Assembly: GCF_000833605.1 (NCBI RefSeq)
Contig: NZ_JXTG01000001.1
Location: 223,312 to 263,311 of the forward strand
Direction: 5' to 3'
Length of the DNA: 40,000 nt
Source: Anoxybacillus ayderensis
GTDB taxonomy: Bacteria > Bacillota > Bacilli > Bacillales > Anoxybacillaceae
Shown: piece by piece, positions 29,110 to 39,205 of the stretch
Numbering within the stretch: position 1 is the first letter of the stretch
Layout of the letters: every line of letters starts with the position of its first letter
The notes under the pieces: model-generated
What the model saw: only the letters and a program-made list of their open reading frames with translations
Databases searched by the model: none
Told to the model about the DNA's origin: nothing
Translations under genes and position numbers: made by a program

Positions 29110-30213
29110 ATGAATACAGAGTTGTTGGATGCCCTAACGGCGCTCGAGCGCGATAAAGGCATTAGTAAAGAAGTGTTAATTGAAGCGATTGAGGCGGCTA
29201 TTGTGTCCGCTTATAAACGCAATTTTAATCAGGCGCAAAACGTTCGCGTCGATTTTAATCAAGAGACAGGAACGATTCGCGTATTTGCTCGCAAAGAAGT
29301 AGTCGATGAAGTGTACGATTCACGCTTAGAAATTTCGCTTGATGAAGCGAAGCGAATCAATCCAAATTATCAAGTAGGCGATGTCGTTGAAATTGAAGTG
29401 ACGCCGAAAAACTTCGGACGCATCGCTGCGCAAACAGCAAAGCAAGTCGTCACGCAACGCGTTCGCGAAGCAGAGCGCGGAGTCATTTATGCCGAATTTG
29501 TTGACCGAGAAGAAGATATTATGACAGGTATTGTTCAGCGGACGGATTCGAAATTTATTTACGTCAGCCTCGGCAAAATTGAGGCGTTGCTTCCGGTGAG
29601 CGAACAAATGCCGAATGAAACGTATAAGCCACATGATCGCATTAAAGTGTACATTACAAAAGTCGAAAAAACGACAAAAGGTCCACAAATTTACGTATCT
29701 CGCACGCATCCAGGTTTATTAAAGCGATTGTTTGAATTAGAAGTGCCAGAAATTTATGACGGTACGGTAGAAATTAAATCGGTCGCACGCGAAGCAGGAG
29801 ATCGCTCGAAAATTTCTGTTCATTCCGATAACCCAGAAGTCGATCCGGTTGGTGCGTGTGTTGGACCTAAAGGACAACGGGTACAAGCGATCGTAAACGA
29901 GTTAAAAGGCGAAAAAATCGACATCGTTCGTTGGTCAGCGGATCCAGTTGAATTTGTCGCTAATGCGTTAAGTCCATCCAAAGTGCTTGACGTCATTGTC
30001 AACGAAGAAGAAAAGGCAACAACGGTCATCGTACCAGATTATCAACTTTCGCTTGCCATTGGGAAACGTGGGCAAAACGCTCGTTTAGCAGCGAAATTAA
30101 CAAATTGGAAAATTGATATTAAAAGTCAGTCTGAAGCGGAGCAATTAGGTATTTACCCTCGTTCTTCATCATCGTTCCAAGTTGACGAAGAGGAGATTAG
30201 TGAGGTGGAATAA
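29110..30213 (+). CDS. nusA: Transcription termination/antitermination factor NusA
   Basis: N-terminal domain, an S1 domain and two KH domains (GACVGPKGQRVQAI; LAIGKRGQNARLAAKL). Confidence 0.98.
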   Translation: MNTELLDALTALERDKGISKEVLIEAIEAAIVSAYKRNFNQAQNVRVDFNQETGTIRVFARKEVVDEVYDSRLEISLDEAKRINPNYQVGDVVEIEVTPKNFGRIAAQTAKQVVTQRVREAERGVIYAEFVDREEDIMTGIVQRTDSKFIYVSLGKIEALLPVSEQMPNETYKPHDRIKVYITKVEKTTKGPQIYVSRTHPGLLKRLFELEVPEIYDGTVEIKSVAREAGDRSKISVHSDNPEVDPVGACVGPKGQRVQAIVNELKGEKIDIVRWSADPVEFVANALSPSKVLDVIVNEEEKATTVIVPDYQLSLAIGKRGQNARLAAKLTNWKIDIKSQSEAEQLGIYPRSSSSFQVDEEEISEVE

Positions 30214-30214
30214 T

Positions 30215-30499
30215 ATGCCGAAAAAAATTCCGATGCGCAAATGTGTTGTCACAGGGGAAATGAAGCCGAAAAAAGAGCTTATTCGCATCGTTCGTTCAAA
30301 AGAAGGCGACGTATCAATTGACCCGACAGGAAAAAAGGCGGGACGCGGTGCATACATTACGCTAAGTAAAGAATGCATTTTGCTTGCGAAAAAGAAAAAT
30401 ACGCTTGCGCATCATTTGAAAGCGACTATTGATGATTCGATTTACGAACAGCTATTACAGCTCGCTGAGAAGGAGAATGGAGAAACAAATGAATCATAA
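30215..30499 (+). CDS. ylxR: YlxR/RnpM family RNA-binding protein (DUF448)
   Basis: [10 protein letters not shown]...L(I)RIV...[13 protein letters not shown] is the typical YlxR motif. ATG 30215 follows GAGGTGG, 1 nt after the nusA stop. Confidence 0.92.
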   Translation: MPKKIPMRKCVVTGEMKPKKELIRIVRSKEGDVSIDPTGKKAGRGAYITLSKECILLAKKKNTLAHHLKATIDDSIYEQLLQLAEKENGETNES

Positions 30500-30788
30500 A
30501 CCGTGGGCTTCTTTTCTCGGATTAGCGAATCGGGCGCGCAAAGTTATTTCGGGAGAAGAGCTCGTTGTGAAAGAAATTCAGCGTCAGCGTGTGAAGCTTG
30601 TCATTTTATCGGAAGATGCGTCAGAAAATACGAGAAAAAAAATTTCCGATAAATGTACGTTTTATCGCGTTCCGCTTTGTTATGTAGACAATCGCTATGA
30701 ATTAGGTGGAGCGATTGGCAAAGGAGCACGGGTCGTTGTAGCAATTACAGATGAAGGATTCGCACAAAAGCTAAAAACGATGCTCTAA
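30489..30788 (+). CDS. ylxQ: L7Ae-family K-turn RNA-binding protein YlxQ
   Basis: [21 protein letters not shown]...[15 protein letters not shown] matches remembered B. subtilis YlxQ. ATG 30489 lies 6 nt after GGAG. It overlaps ylxR by 11 nt. Confidence 0.9.
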   Translation: MNHKPWASFLGLANRARKVISGEELVVKEIQRQRVKLVILSEDASENTRKKISDKCTFYRVPLCYVDNRYELGGAIGKGARVVVAITDEGFAQKLKTML

Positions 30789-30806
30789 CATTTTGGGGGT
30801 GAATGT

Positions 30807-32978
30807 ATGTCAAAAATGCGTGTATATGAATATGCCAAAAAACATAACGTGTCAAGTAAAGATGTCATCCATAAATTAAAAGAAATGAACATCGACGTAT
30901 CGAACCATATGACGATGATTGAAGCGGATGTTGTCGAAAAGCTAGATCGTTCGTTCAAAAAAGAACAAAAACAAGAAACGAAAAAAGAAGAAAAGACGGT
31001 ACCTGTGAAAAAACCTGTTTTAGAACAGTTTGAAGAAGATGAGGATGAAGTCATTCAAACGAAAGTGCCGATCAAAAAAGCAGTAGTAAAAAATCGCGAA
31101 GGGAAAAAACACGACTTGCAAATTCAACAAAAAGAAAAGAAAATTTTCAATAACAAAAAAAATAAAAAACAAAAACCTCAGCAAGCTCCACAACAAGAAG
31201 TGCAAAAGAAAAAAGAAAAAGAGCTTCCGAAAAAAATTACATTTGAAGGTTCTTTAACGGTCGCAGAGTTAGCAAAAAAATTAGGGAAGGAGCCTTCTGA
31301 AATTATTAAAAAGCTATTTATGCTCGGCATCATTGCAACAATTAACAAAGATTTGGACAAAGATGCGATCGAGCTCATTTGCTCTGACTACGGCGTAGAA
31401 GTAGAAGAAAAAGTGACGATTGACGAAACAGAATTTGAGACGATCGAAATTGTTGATCATCCAGAAGATTTAGTTGAACGTCCGCCTGTTGTGACGATTA
31501 TGGGACACGTCGACCACGGAAAAACGACGTTGCTTGACTCAATTCGCCATACGAAAGTAACGGAACAAGAAGCTGGCGGTATTACACAGCATATCGGTGC
31601 GTATCAAGTTGTTGTAAACGGCAAAAAAATCACATTTTTAGATACACCTGGTCACGAAGCGTTTACAACGATGCGTGCACGCGGTGCGCAAGTGACAGAT
31701 ATCGTCATTCTCGTTGTCGCAGCAGATGACGGAGTGATGCCGCAAACGGTTGAAGCGATTAACCATGCGAAAGCGGCAAAGGTTCCAATTATTGTTGCGG
31801 TCAATAAAATCGATAAGCCAACAGCGAATCCAGATCGCGTCATGCAAGAGCTAATGGAATATGAGCTCGTTCCAGAAGAATGGGGCGGCGATACAATTTA
31901 TTGTAAACTATCTGCGTTAACAGGCGAAGGGATTGACAATTTGCTTGAAATGATTTTGCTTGTGAGCGAAATGGAAGAGTTAAAAGCAAATCCAAACCGT
32001 CGTGCGACAGGAACGGTCATTGAAGCGAAGCTCGATAAAGGTCGCGGTCCGGTGGCAACTCTCCTTGTTCAATCAGGTACGTTGCGCGTTGGTGATCCGA
32101 TCGTTGTCGGTTATACGTACGGACGCGTACGGGCGATGACGAATGACCTTGGGCGCCGTGTAAAAGAAGCGGGACCATCGACGCCAGTTGAAATTACTGG
32201 ATTAAACGAAGTGCCGCAAGCAGGCGATCGTTTCATGGTGTTTGAAGACGAGAAAAAAGCACGTCAAATTGGCGAAGCTCGCGCACAAAAGCAAATCGTG
32301 CAACAACGAAGCGTAAAAGCGCGCGTTAGCCTAGACGACTTGTTTGAAAAAATTAAGCAAGGCGAAATGAAAGAATTAAATATTATTGTCAAAGCGGACG
32401 TACAAGGTTCCGTAGAAGCGCTCGTTGCGGCATTACAAAAAATCGAAGTCGAAGGAGTGCGCGTGAAAATTATTCACTCCGGTGTTGGTGCCGTGACGGA
32501 ATACGACATTATGCTTGCATCCGCATCAAATGCGATTGTCATCGGCTTTAACGTTCGTCCAGATGCGAACGCAAAACGTGTCGCGGAAGCAGAAAAGGTC
32601 GATATTCGTCTCCATCGCATCATTTACAAAGTGATTGAAGAAATTGAAGCAGCGATGAAAGGGATGCTTGATCCAGAGTACGAAGAAAAAGTGATCGGTC
32701 AAGCGGAAGTGCGTCAAACATTTAAAGTATCAAAAGTCGGTACAATTGCAGGATGCTATGTGACAGATGGAAAAATTACGCGCGATAGTAGCGTCCGTCT
32801 CATTCGTCAAGGCATCGTCGTTTACGAAGGACAAATTGATACGTTAAAACGTTACAAAGACGATGTAAAAGAAGTCGCACAAGGGTACGAGTGTGGGATC
32901 ACGATTAAAAACTTTAATGACATTAAAGAAGGCGACGTCATTGAAGCATATATGATGCAAGAAGTGGAGCGCAAATGA
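30807..32978 (+). CDS. infB: Translation initiation factor IF-2
   Basis: K/E/Q-rich N-terminal region followed by a G domain ([24 protein letters not shown]). Confidence 0.98.
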   Translation: MSKMRVYEYAKKHNVSSKDVIHKLKEMNIDVSNHMTMIEADVVEKLDRSFKKEQKQETKKEEKTVPVKKPVLEQFEEDEDEVIQTKVPIKKAVVKNREGKKHDLQIQQKEKKIFNNKKNKKQKPQQAPQQEVQKKKEKELPKKITFEGSLTVAELAKKLGKEPSEIIKKLFMLGIIATINKDLDKDAIELICSDYGVEVEEKVTIDETEFETIEIVDHPEDLVERPPVVTIMGHVDHGKTTLLDSIRHTKVTEQEAGGITQHIGAYQVVVNGKKITFLDTPGHEAFTTMRARGAQVTDIVILVVAADDGVMPQTVEAINHAKAAKVPIIVAVNKIDKPTANPDRVMQELMEYELVPEEWGGDTIYCKLSALTGEGIDNLLEMILLVSEMEELKANPNRRATGTVIEAKLDKGRGPVATLLVQSGTLRVGDPIVVGYTYGRVRAMTNDLGRRVKEAGPSTPVEITGLNEVPQAGDRFMVFEDEKKARQIGEARAQKQIVQQRSVKARVSLDDLFEKIKQGEMKELNIIVKADVQGSVEALVAALQKIEVEGVRVKIIHSGVGAVTEYDIMLASASNAIVIGFNVRPDANAKRVAEAEKVDIRLHRIIYKVIEEIEAAMKGMLDPEYEEKVIGQAEVRQTFKVSKVGTIAGCYVTDGKITRDSSVRLIRQGIVVYEGQIDTLKRYKDDVKEVAQGYECGITIKNFNDIKEGDVIEAYMMQEVERK

Positions 32979-33253
32979 TCGGATACGTCGAATGTGAATG
33001 CATCATTTACGACGTCCAATCATTGAAAGAAAAAAGAGCCGTGTTGCAACGCGTTGTCACACGGCTTAAACAAAAATATAATATATCAGTAGCCGAAGTA
33101 GATTATCAAAACGTATGGCAACGAACGAAGCTAGGGATTGTAGCGATTACAGCCGAGCGAACGGCGACGGAACAAGAGCTACATCGGGCGTTACAATTTA
33201 TCGATTCGTTTCCAGAAATCGAACGAACGGTTACAACATTCGAGTGGTTTTAA
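32975..33253 (+). CDS. ylxP: DUF503 protein YlxP
   Basis: 92 aa with an ATGA overlap onto infB. The position between infB and rbfA matches B. subtilis. Confidence 0.88.
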   Translation: MIGYVECECIIYDVQSLKEKRAVLQRVVTRLKQKYNISVAEVDYQNVWQRTKLGIVAITAERTATEQELHRALQFIDSFPEIERTVTTFEWF

Positions 33254-33267
33254 TCGAGGTGATGACA

Positions 33268-33627
33268 ATGAGTTTGCGAGCCACACGTGTAGGCGAACAA
33301 ATGAAAAAAGAATTAAGCGATATTATCGGACGCAAACTAAAAGACCCACGCATCGGTTTCGTTACCGTAACAGATGTTCGTGTAACGGGTGATTTACAAC
33401 AAGCAAAAGTGTATATTTCTGTTCTTGGTGACGAAGAACAAAAGAAAAATACGCTAAAAGGGTTAGCGAAAGCAACGGGCTTTATCCGTTCAGAAATCGG
33501 TCAGCGTATTCGTTTGCGCAAGACGCCGGAAATTTACTTTGAAATTGATGAAACGATCGATTACGGTCAACGAATTGAAAGTTTAATTAAACAAATTTCC
33601 GAAGAAAAAGAACATAAAGAAGAATAA
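33268..33627 (+). CDS. rbfA: Ribosome-binding factor A
   Basis: [17 protein letters not shown]...[30 protein letters not shown] 33268 follows GAGGTGA. The track start at 33115 lies inside ylxP. Confidence 0.96.
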   Translation: MSLRATRVGEQMKKELSDIIGRKLKDPRIGFVTVTDVRVTGDLQQAKVYISVLGDEEQKKNTLKGLAKATGFIRSEIGQRIRLRKTPEIYFEIDETIDYGQRIESLIKQISEEKEHKEE

Positions 33628-33652
33628 TGGATAGACGTGCGTCTATCCATTT
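33627..33652 (+). terminator. Putative terminator after rbfA
   Basis: 10-bp stem ATGGATAGAC (33627-33636) with GTCTATCCAT (33641-33650) and a GTGC loop. The T-tract is weak (TT, then CCGCTATTTT). Confidence 0.5.
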
Positions 33653-33674
33653 CCGCTATTTTAGAGGTGAAGCG

Positions 33675-34571
33675 ATGGACGGAGTGTTATTGTTACATAA
33701 ACCTGCAGGCATGACGTCACACGACTGCGTCATGCGCATTCGTAAGTTATTCCAAACGAAAAAAGTTGGTCATACAGGAACGCTTGATCCTGACGTAAGT
33801 GGTGTATTGCCCATTTGCATCGGCAAAGCAACAAAAATCGTTGAACTATTAACAGCGGAGAGAAAAACTTATGAAGGGGAAGTGACGTTAGGCATAGCGA
33901 CGACAACAGAAGATGCATCAGGTGACATCGTTTCAGTAAAACCGATCGAACAGCCGATTTTCCGACATGACATTGAGCGAGTATTTGCTAATCTGACGGG
34001 GGACATTGAACAAGTTCCACCGATGTATTCCGCAGTAAAAGTAAATGGAAAAAAACTATATGAGTATGCACGCGCAGGTATTGACGTGGAACGGCCGAAA
34101 CGAAACGTCCACATTTTTGAACTGCTCCTTCTTGATGATAGACAAGTATTTACAGGTGAAAGGATATCGTTTCGTTTTCGTGTGACATGTAGCAAAGGGA
34201 CATACGTGCGTACACTCGCTGTTCAAATCGGCGAGCGACTTGGGTATCCGGCGCACATGTCATATCTTGTTCGCACAGCGTCAGGACCGTTTACACTCGA
34301 TCAATGCGTGTCGTTTGCTGATATCGAACAGCATGTCGCATCTGGTACAGCGCATACGTTACTTTTACCGATTGAACGAGCGTTAGTTCATTTCCCGACG
34401 TATGTCATGAGTAAGGAAGAAGAGGAAAAAGTAAAACATGGAGCGCTTTTGCCTATTCTATCCTCTATGCCAGAGCGTCTGTTAATGGTTAATGAACAAG
34501 GTGAAGCGTTAGCGATTTATATGCCTCATCCGACAAAGCAAAGCTATATGAAACCTTTAAAAGTATTGTAG
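33675..34571 (+). CDS. truB: tRNA pseudouridine-55 synthase TruB
   Basis: GVLLLHKPAGMTSHD...VGHTGTLDP contains the catalytic Asp motif. ATG 33675 follows AGAGGTGA. Confidence 0.96.
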   Translation: MDGVLLLHKPAGMTSHDCVMRIRKLFQTKKVGHTGTLDPDVSGVLPICIGKATKIVELLTAERKTYEGEVTLGIATTTEDASGDIVSVKPIEQPIFRHDIERVFANLTGDIEQVPPMYSAVKVNGKKLYEYARAGIDVERPKRNVHIFELLLLDDRQVFTGERISFRFRVTCSKGTYVRTLAVQIGERLGYPAHMSYLVRTASGPFTLDQCVSFADIEQHVASGTAHTLLLPIERALVHFPTYVMSKEEEEKVKHGALLPILSSMPERLLMVNEQGEALAIYMPHPTKQSYMKPLKVL

Positions 34572-34580
34572 GTGAAAACG

Positions 34581-35552
34581 ATGAAAACCATTTGGCTGTC
34601 CCATCCGTTCAACAAAAAAAATGATGAACCACTTGTTATGGCGCTCGGTTATTTTGACGGCGTTCATCTTGGACATCAAAAAGTCATTCAAACGGCAAAA
34701 CAAATCGCTGATCAATATGGATACAAAAGCGCGGTCATGACGTTCCATCCGCATCCGTCGGTCGTGCTCGGACGCTCACAACAACATGTTCGATTTATTA
34801 CACCATTAAAAGAAAAAGAAAAACAAATTGCAAAACTTGGCGTTGATTATTTATACGTTGTTGAATTTACGCCTGAATTTGCTTATTTGTTGCCGCAACA
34901 ATTTGTTGACGAATACATCATTGGACTCGGTGTAAAGCATGTCGTGGCAGGCTTTGATTTTACGTACGGCCGCTTAGGAAAAGGGACGATGGAAACATTG
35001 CCGTTTCATTCTCGTGAACAATTTACGCAAACGGTCATTCCAAAACAGACGTTTGGGGAAGAAAAAATTAGCTCCACATATATTCGGAAGCGATTAGCTG
35101 AAGGGGACGTTGAACAGTTACCTCATTTACTCGGAAGATGGTATGAAGTAACAGGCACAGTCATTCATGGGGATAAACGGGGACGGACGATCGGATTTCC
35201 AACAGCAAACGTTGCGCTTGACGATGACTATATGATCCCGCGCATTGGTGTATATGCTGTCACGGTAACGATAGACGACAACACGTGGACGGGAGTATGC
35301 AACGTCGGGTATAAGCCGACATTCCACGCCCAACAACAAAAAGATCCGTCGATCGAAGTGCATTTGTTTGACTTTTCATCAGACATTTACGGTGCACATG
35401 TATGTATTCAATGGCATAAACGATTGCGTGATGAACGAGCATTTTCTTCCGTTGACGAGCTCGTTGAACAAATTCATCGTGATGCTCAAGCGGCGCGTGA
35501 ATATTTTCAAAATCCCCTTGCATTTTATCGGAAAAACATGTATTCTATTTAA
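34581..35552 (+). CDS. ribC: Bifunctional riboflavin kinase / FMN adenylyltransferase
   Basis: ALGYFDGVHLGHQ (FAD synthetase) and GFPTANV (riboflavin kinase). ATG 34581 follows AGGTGA. The GTG at 34572 lies within that SD. Confidence 0.95.
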   Translation: MKTIWLSHPFNKKNDEPLVMALGYFDGVHLGHQKVIQTAKQIADQYGYKSAVMTFHPHPSVVLGRSQQHVRFITPLKEKEKQIAKLGVDYLYVVEFTPEFAYLLPQQFVDEYIIGLGVKHVVAGFDFTYGRLGKGTMETLPFHSREQFTQTVIPKQTFGEEKISSTYIRKRLAEGDVEQLPHLLGRWYEVTGTVIHGDKRGRTIGFPTANVALDDDYMIPRIGVYAVTVTIDDNTWTGVCNVGYKPTFHAQQQKDPSIEVHLFDFSSDIYGAHVCIQWHKRLRDERAFSSVDELVEQIHRDAQAAREYFQNPLAFYRKNMYSI

Positions 35553-35557
35553 TGTAT

Positions 35558-35604
35558 GTTAACCATTGCTGGGCAAAACGAGTCACCGCCGTTTGCTTGG
35601 TAAC
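35558..35604 (+). promoter_or_regulatory. Structured rpsO 5' leader (candidate S15 autoregulatory element)
   Basis: Two stacked helices. The outer one pairs 35558-35564 with 35599-35604, with one bulged A. The inner one pairs 35573-35580 with 35590-35596, with one bulge. It lies just upstream of the SD GAGGAGGTG. Confidence 0.4.
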
Positions 35605-35634
35605 TGGGGTTGAAAAAAGAGGAGGTGAACAAGG

Positions 35635-35904
35635 ATGGCATTAACACAAGAGCGTAAAAACGAGATCATCAACCAGTTCAAAATTCACGAAACTGACACA
35701 GGTTCTCCAGAAGTACAAGTTGCTATCCTTACAGAGCAAATTAACAACTTGAACGAACATTTACGTGTTCATCGTAAAGACCATCATTCTCGTCGTGGTC
35801 TTTTGAAAATGGTTGGTCGTCGTCGTAACTTACTTACGTATTTACGTAACAAAGACATCAACCGTTATCGTGAATTGATTAACAAACTCGGATTACGCCG
35901 ATAA
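35635..35904 (+). CDS. rpsO: 30S ribosomal protein S15
   Basis: [43 protein letters not shown] is canonical S15. Confidence 0.98.
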   Translation: MALTQERKNEIINQFKIHETDTGSPEVQVAILTEQINNLNEHLRVHRKDHHSRRGLLKMVGRRRNLLTYLRNKDINRYRELINKLGLRR

Positions 35905-35906
35905 GT

Positions 35907-35932
35907 AAAAAGCGGGAGCATTCCCGCTTTTT
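35907..35932 (+). terminator. Rho-independent terminator after rpsO
   Basis: GCGGGA (35912-35917), GCAT loop, TCCCGC (35922-35927), flanked by an A-run and a T-run. Confidence 0.9.
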
Positions 35933-36013
35933 ATTAGTATTTGCGCCGATATTTGCTTATACTAAAACAAATATGATTTTTTATTTGTACATAGAGAGGG
36001 GTACTCGGTTTAT

Positions 36014-38122
36014 ATGGAACAAGAAAAACATGTGTTTTCGATCGACTGGGCAGGTCGGCCGTTGACCGTTGAAATTGGCGAATTAGCCAAACAAGCAAAC
36101 GGCGCTGTATTAGTGCGATACGGTGATACGGTCGTATTAAGTACAGCGACAGCATCGAAAGAACCAAAAAGCGTTGACTTTTTCCCACTAACAGTCAATT
36201 ACGAAGAACGTTTATACGCTGTTGGTAAAATTCCAGGGGGATTCATTAAACGTGAAGGGCGTCCAAGTGAAAAAGCTATTTTAGCTAGTCGTCTCATCGA
36301 CCGTCCGATTCGGCCATTATTTGCTGAAGGATTCCGAAACGAAGTGCAAGTTGTCAGCATGGTGATGAGCGTTGATCAAGACTGCTCACCAGAAATGGCG
36401 GCGATGTTTGGCTCTTCGCTTGCGTTAACGATTTCTGATATCCCATTTGAAGGGCCGATCGCAGGGGTAACAGTTGGCCGTGTGAACGGTGAATTTGTGA
36501 TTAACCCGTCTGTCGCACAAATGGAACAAAGCGATATGCATCTTGTCGTTGCCGGAACGAAAGATGCGATTAATATGGTTGAAGCAGGGGCGAATGAAGT
36601 ACCAGAAGAAGTTATGCTTGAAGCGATTATGTTTGGGCATGAAGAAATTAAGCGGCTTATCGCATTCCAAGAAGACATTGCCGCAAAAGTTGGTAAAGAG
36701 AAGATGGAAGTCGTTCTGTATGAACTCGATGCCCAGCTTGAAGCGGACATTCGTGCTCGCGTAGAAGGAGAAGTGAAACGTGCGGTTCAAGTCCCTGAAA
36801 AATTAGCGCGCGAAGCAGCCATTGAACAATTAAAAGCAGAAGTTGTAGCGGCGTACGAACAACAAGAAGCAGATGAAGAAACAATAAAGCAAGTAAAAGA
36901 AATTTTACATAAACTTGTTAAAGAAGAAGTGCGTCGCTTAATTACGGAAGAAAAAGTGCGTCCAGACGGACGAAAAGTAGATGAAATTCGTCCGCTTTCA
37001 TCAGCGGTTGGACTTTTACCACGCACGCACGGATCAGGCTTGTTTACACGAGGACAAACACAAGCGCTTAGCGTATGCACACTCGGTGCACTTGGTGATG
37101 TACAAATTTTAGATGGACTTGGTATCGAAGAAACAAAACGGTTTATGCATCATTACAACTTCCCGCCATTTTCAGTCGGAGAAACGGGAGCGATGCGCGG
37201 ACCAGGACGTCGCGAAATCGGTCACGGAGCGCTTGGCGAACGCGCGCTTGAACCGGTTATTCCATCTGAAAAAGAGTTTCCATATACGATTCGCCTCGTA
37301 TCAGAAGTGTTAGAATCAAACGGTTCGACATCTCAAGCGAGCATTTGTGCGAGCACATTGGCGATGATGGATGCGGGTGTGCCGATTAAAGCGCCAGTGG
37401 CTGGTATTGCGATGGGGCTTGTGAAAAGCGGCGAAAACTATACAATTTTAACAGATATTCAAGGCATGGAAGATCATCTCGGTGATATGGACTTTAAAGT
37501 AGCGGGGACAGAAAAAGGAGTCACTGCTTTACAGATGGATATTAAAATTAAAGGTTTATCGCGTGAAATTTTAGAAGAAGCGTTGCAACAAGCGCGCAAA
37601 GGTCGCCTTGAAATTTTAAAACATATGATGCAAACGATTAGCGAACCGCGCAAAGAGCTATCTAAATATGCACCGAAAATTTTAACGATGCAAATTAATC
37701 CGGATAAAATTCGTGACGTCATCGGTCCGAGCGGAAAACAAATTAACAAAATTATTGAAGAAACTGGCGTAAAAATTGATATTGAACAAGACGGAACGAT
37801 CTTCATTTCATCTGTAAACGAAGATATGAATCAAAAGGCGAAAAAGATCATTGAAGATATCGTTCGTGAAGTAGAAGTTGGACAAGTGTACTTAGGAAAA
37901 GTGAAACGAATTGAAAAATTTGGTGCATTTGTCGAATTGTTTAGCGGAAAAGACGGTCTCGTACACATTTCAGAATTGGCGGAGGAACGTGTCGGAAAAG
38001 TGGAAGATGTCGTTTCTATCGGCGATGAAATTTTAGTGAAAGTAACGGAAATCGATAAACAAGGCCGTGTAAATTTATCGCGAAAAGCGGTATTGCGCGA
38101 TCAAAAAGAAGCCGAGCAATAA
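36014..38122 (+). CDS. pnp: Polynucleotide phosphorylase
   Basis: Two RNase PH domains ([12 protein letters not shown]; [10 protein letters not shown]), a KH domain ([15 protein letters not shown]) and an S1 domain ([15 protein letters not shown]). Confidence 0.98.
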   Translation: MEQEKHVFSIDWAGRPLTVEIGELAKQANGAVLVRYGDTVVLSTATASKEPKSVDFFPLTVNYEERLYAVGKIPGGFIKREGRPSEKAILASRLIDRPIRPLFAEGFRNEVQVVSMVMSVDQDCSPEMAAMFGSSLALTISDIPFEGPIAGVTVGRVNGEFVINPSVAQMEQSDMHLVVAGTKDAINMVEAGANEVPEEVMLEAIMFGHEEIKRLIAFQEDIAAKVGKEKMEVVLYELDAQLEADIRARVEGEVKRAVQVPEKLAREAAIEQLKAEVVAAYEQQEADEETIKQVKEILHKLVKEEVRRLITEEKVRPDGRKVDEIRPLSSAVGLLPRTHGSGLFTRGQTQALSVCTLGALGDVQILDGLGIEETKRFMHHYNFPPFSVGETGAMRGPGRREIGHGALGERALEPVIPSEKEFPYTIRLVSEVLESNGSTSQASICASTLAMMDAGVPIKAPVAGIAMGLVKSGENYTILTDIQGMEDHLGDMDFKVAGTEKGVTALQMDIKIKGLSREILEEALQQARKGRLEILKHMMQTISEPRKELSKYAPKILTMQINPDKIRDVIGPSGKQINKIIEETGVKIDIEQDGTIFISSVNEDMNQKAKKIIEDIVREVEVGQVYLGKVKRIEKFGAFVELFSGKDGLVHISELAEERVGKVEDVVSIGDEILVKVTEIDKQGRVNLSRKAVLRDQKEAEQ

Positions 38123-38127
38123 AAACG

Positions 38128-38160
38128 GAGCCTTGGGTTCACATCCCCTTGGCTTCTTTG
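38128..38160 (+). terminator. Weak imperfect hairpin after pnp (possible terminator)
   Basis: AGCC..GGG pairs with CCC..GGCT around a TT/TT internal mismatch, followed by TCTTTG. A T8 run lies 12 nt further downstream. Confidence 0.3.
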
Positions 38161-38242
38161 CTGTGTGTAAATTTTTTTTGCGCCCGTTCTACCTTGTCCG
38201 TCTTGCACATACCCTCTTTATTAGAAAAGGAGGGGACGAAGC

Positions 38243-39205
38243 ATGCGGCGAGCGCTCTTTTTAATTATCATCATATGTATGGCGGCGATCATCGTGCAAA
38301 ATCCGTGGACGACGACGTATATCCACGAATTACGGCATATGACAGCAGCGAAACAAAGCGATCCGTTATACATTCAAATTATGGAACGGGCAAAACAATA
38401 CAATATTCCTGCACAAAATGCAAAAGTCGATCGCGTTTGGAAGGCGATTCCTGGCTACAACGGATTAGAAGTAGACGTTGAGGCATCATATAAACAAATG
38501 AAACAGAACGGAACATTTTCCGAACAACAGCTTGTATACAAACAAGTATCACCGACCATTCACTTGCATGATTTGCCTCCGTCACCGATTTATCGGGGAC
38601 ATCCAGATAAACCGATAGTCTCTTTTTTAATTAATGTCGCATGGGGAAGCGAACATATCCCAAACATGTTACATATTCTTGAAAAATACAACGTTCGCGC
38701 GACATTTTTTTTAGAAGGTCGCTGGGTAAAACAACATCCCCAACTCGCGAAAATGATTGCAGACGCCGGTCATGAAATTGGCAATCATTCATACAATCAC
38801 CCAGATTTAAAAATGATGAGTAAACAAGCGATTCGTGAACAAATTGTCAAAACAAACGATGCCATTGAAGCAGCGACAGGAGTGAAACCTCGCTTATTCG
38901 CTCCGCCAAGCGGTAGCTATCGCGACGATGTCGTATATATCGCTCATGAGCTCGGGATGTACACAATTTTATGGACGGTCGATACAATTGATTGGCAAAA
39001 ACCGTCCCCGTCTGTTATAGTGGAACGAGTAACGTCTAAAGTTCATAATGGGGCGATGATTTTAATGCATCCAACCGTATCGACGGTACAGGCGTTAGAG
39101 CCGTTAATTCAATCATTACAAAAACGAGAATATGTCATTGACAATGTGTCCACATTATTAAGCGAGGAAAGAATTGTAAAAAGTAGGAGGAAGGGACTTG
39201 ATTAA
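38243..39205 (+). CDS. ylxY: Polysaccharide deacetylase family sporulation protein YlxY
   Basis: N-terminal TM anchor and a NodB-type domain (FLINVAWG, HEIGNHSYNHPDL, LMHP). SD AAAGGAGGGG. Same position as B. subtilis ylxY. Confidence 0.9.
   Translation: MRRALFLIIIICMAAIIVQNPWTTTYIHELRHMTAAKQSDPLYIQIMERAKQYNIPAQNAKVDRVWKAIPGYNGLEVDVEASYKQMKQNGTFSEQQLVYKQVSPTIHLHDLPPSPIYRGHPDKPIVSFLINVAWGSEHIPNMLHILEKYNVRATFFLEGRWVKQHPQLAKMIADAGHEIGNHSYNHPDLKMMSKQAIREQIVKTNDAIEAATGVKPRLFAPPSGSYRDDVVYIAHELGMYTILWTVDTIDWQKPSPSVIVERVTSKVHNGAMILMHPTVSTVQALEPLIQSLQKREYVIDNVSTLLSEERIVKSRRKGLD

Noticed and set aside
35945-35952. A perfect SigD -10 consensus, GCCGATAT, upstream of pnp.
   Set aside because: There is no TAAA -35 element at the required ~15-nt spacing (the upstream sequence is the rpsO terminator T-run). 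An isolated 8-mer match is weak evidence, and pnp is not a known motility gene.
38207-38214. CATACCCT, which resembles a mother-cell sigma (SigE-type CATACA-T) -10 element, ~29 nt upstream of the sporulation-associated ylxY.
   Set aside because: The corresponding -35 position (about 38186-38192, GTTCTAC) does not resemble the SigE -35 consensus, so the evidence is too weak to call a promoter.
38149-38481. 110-aa + strand ORF starting in the pnp-ylxY spacer.
   Set aside because: It is out of frame with, and largely overlapped by, ylxY, which has a strong SD and a NodB deacetylase domain. The ORF itself has no SD and an implausible composition.
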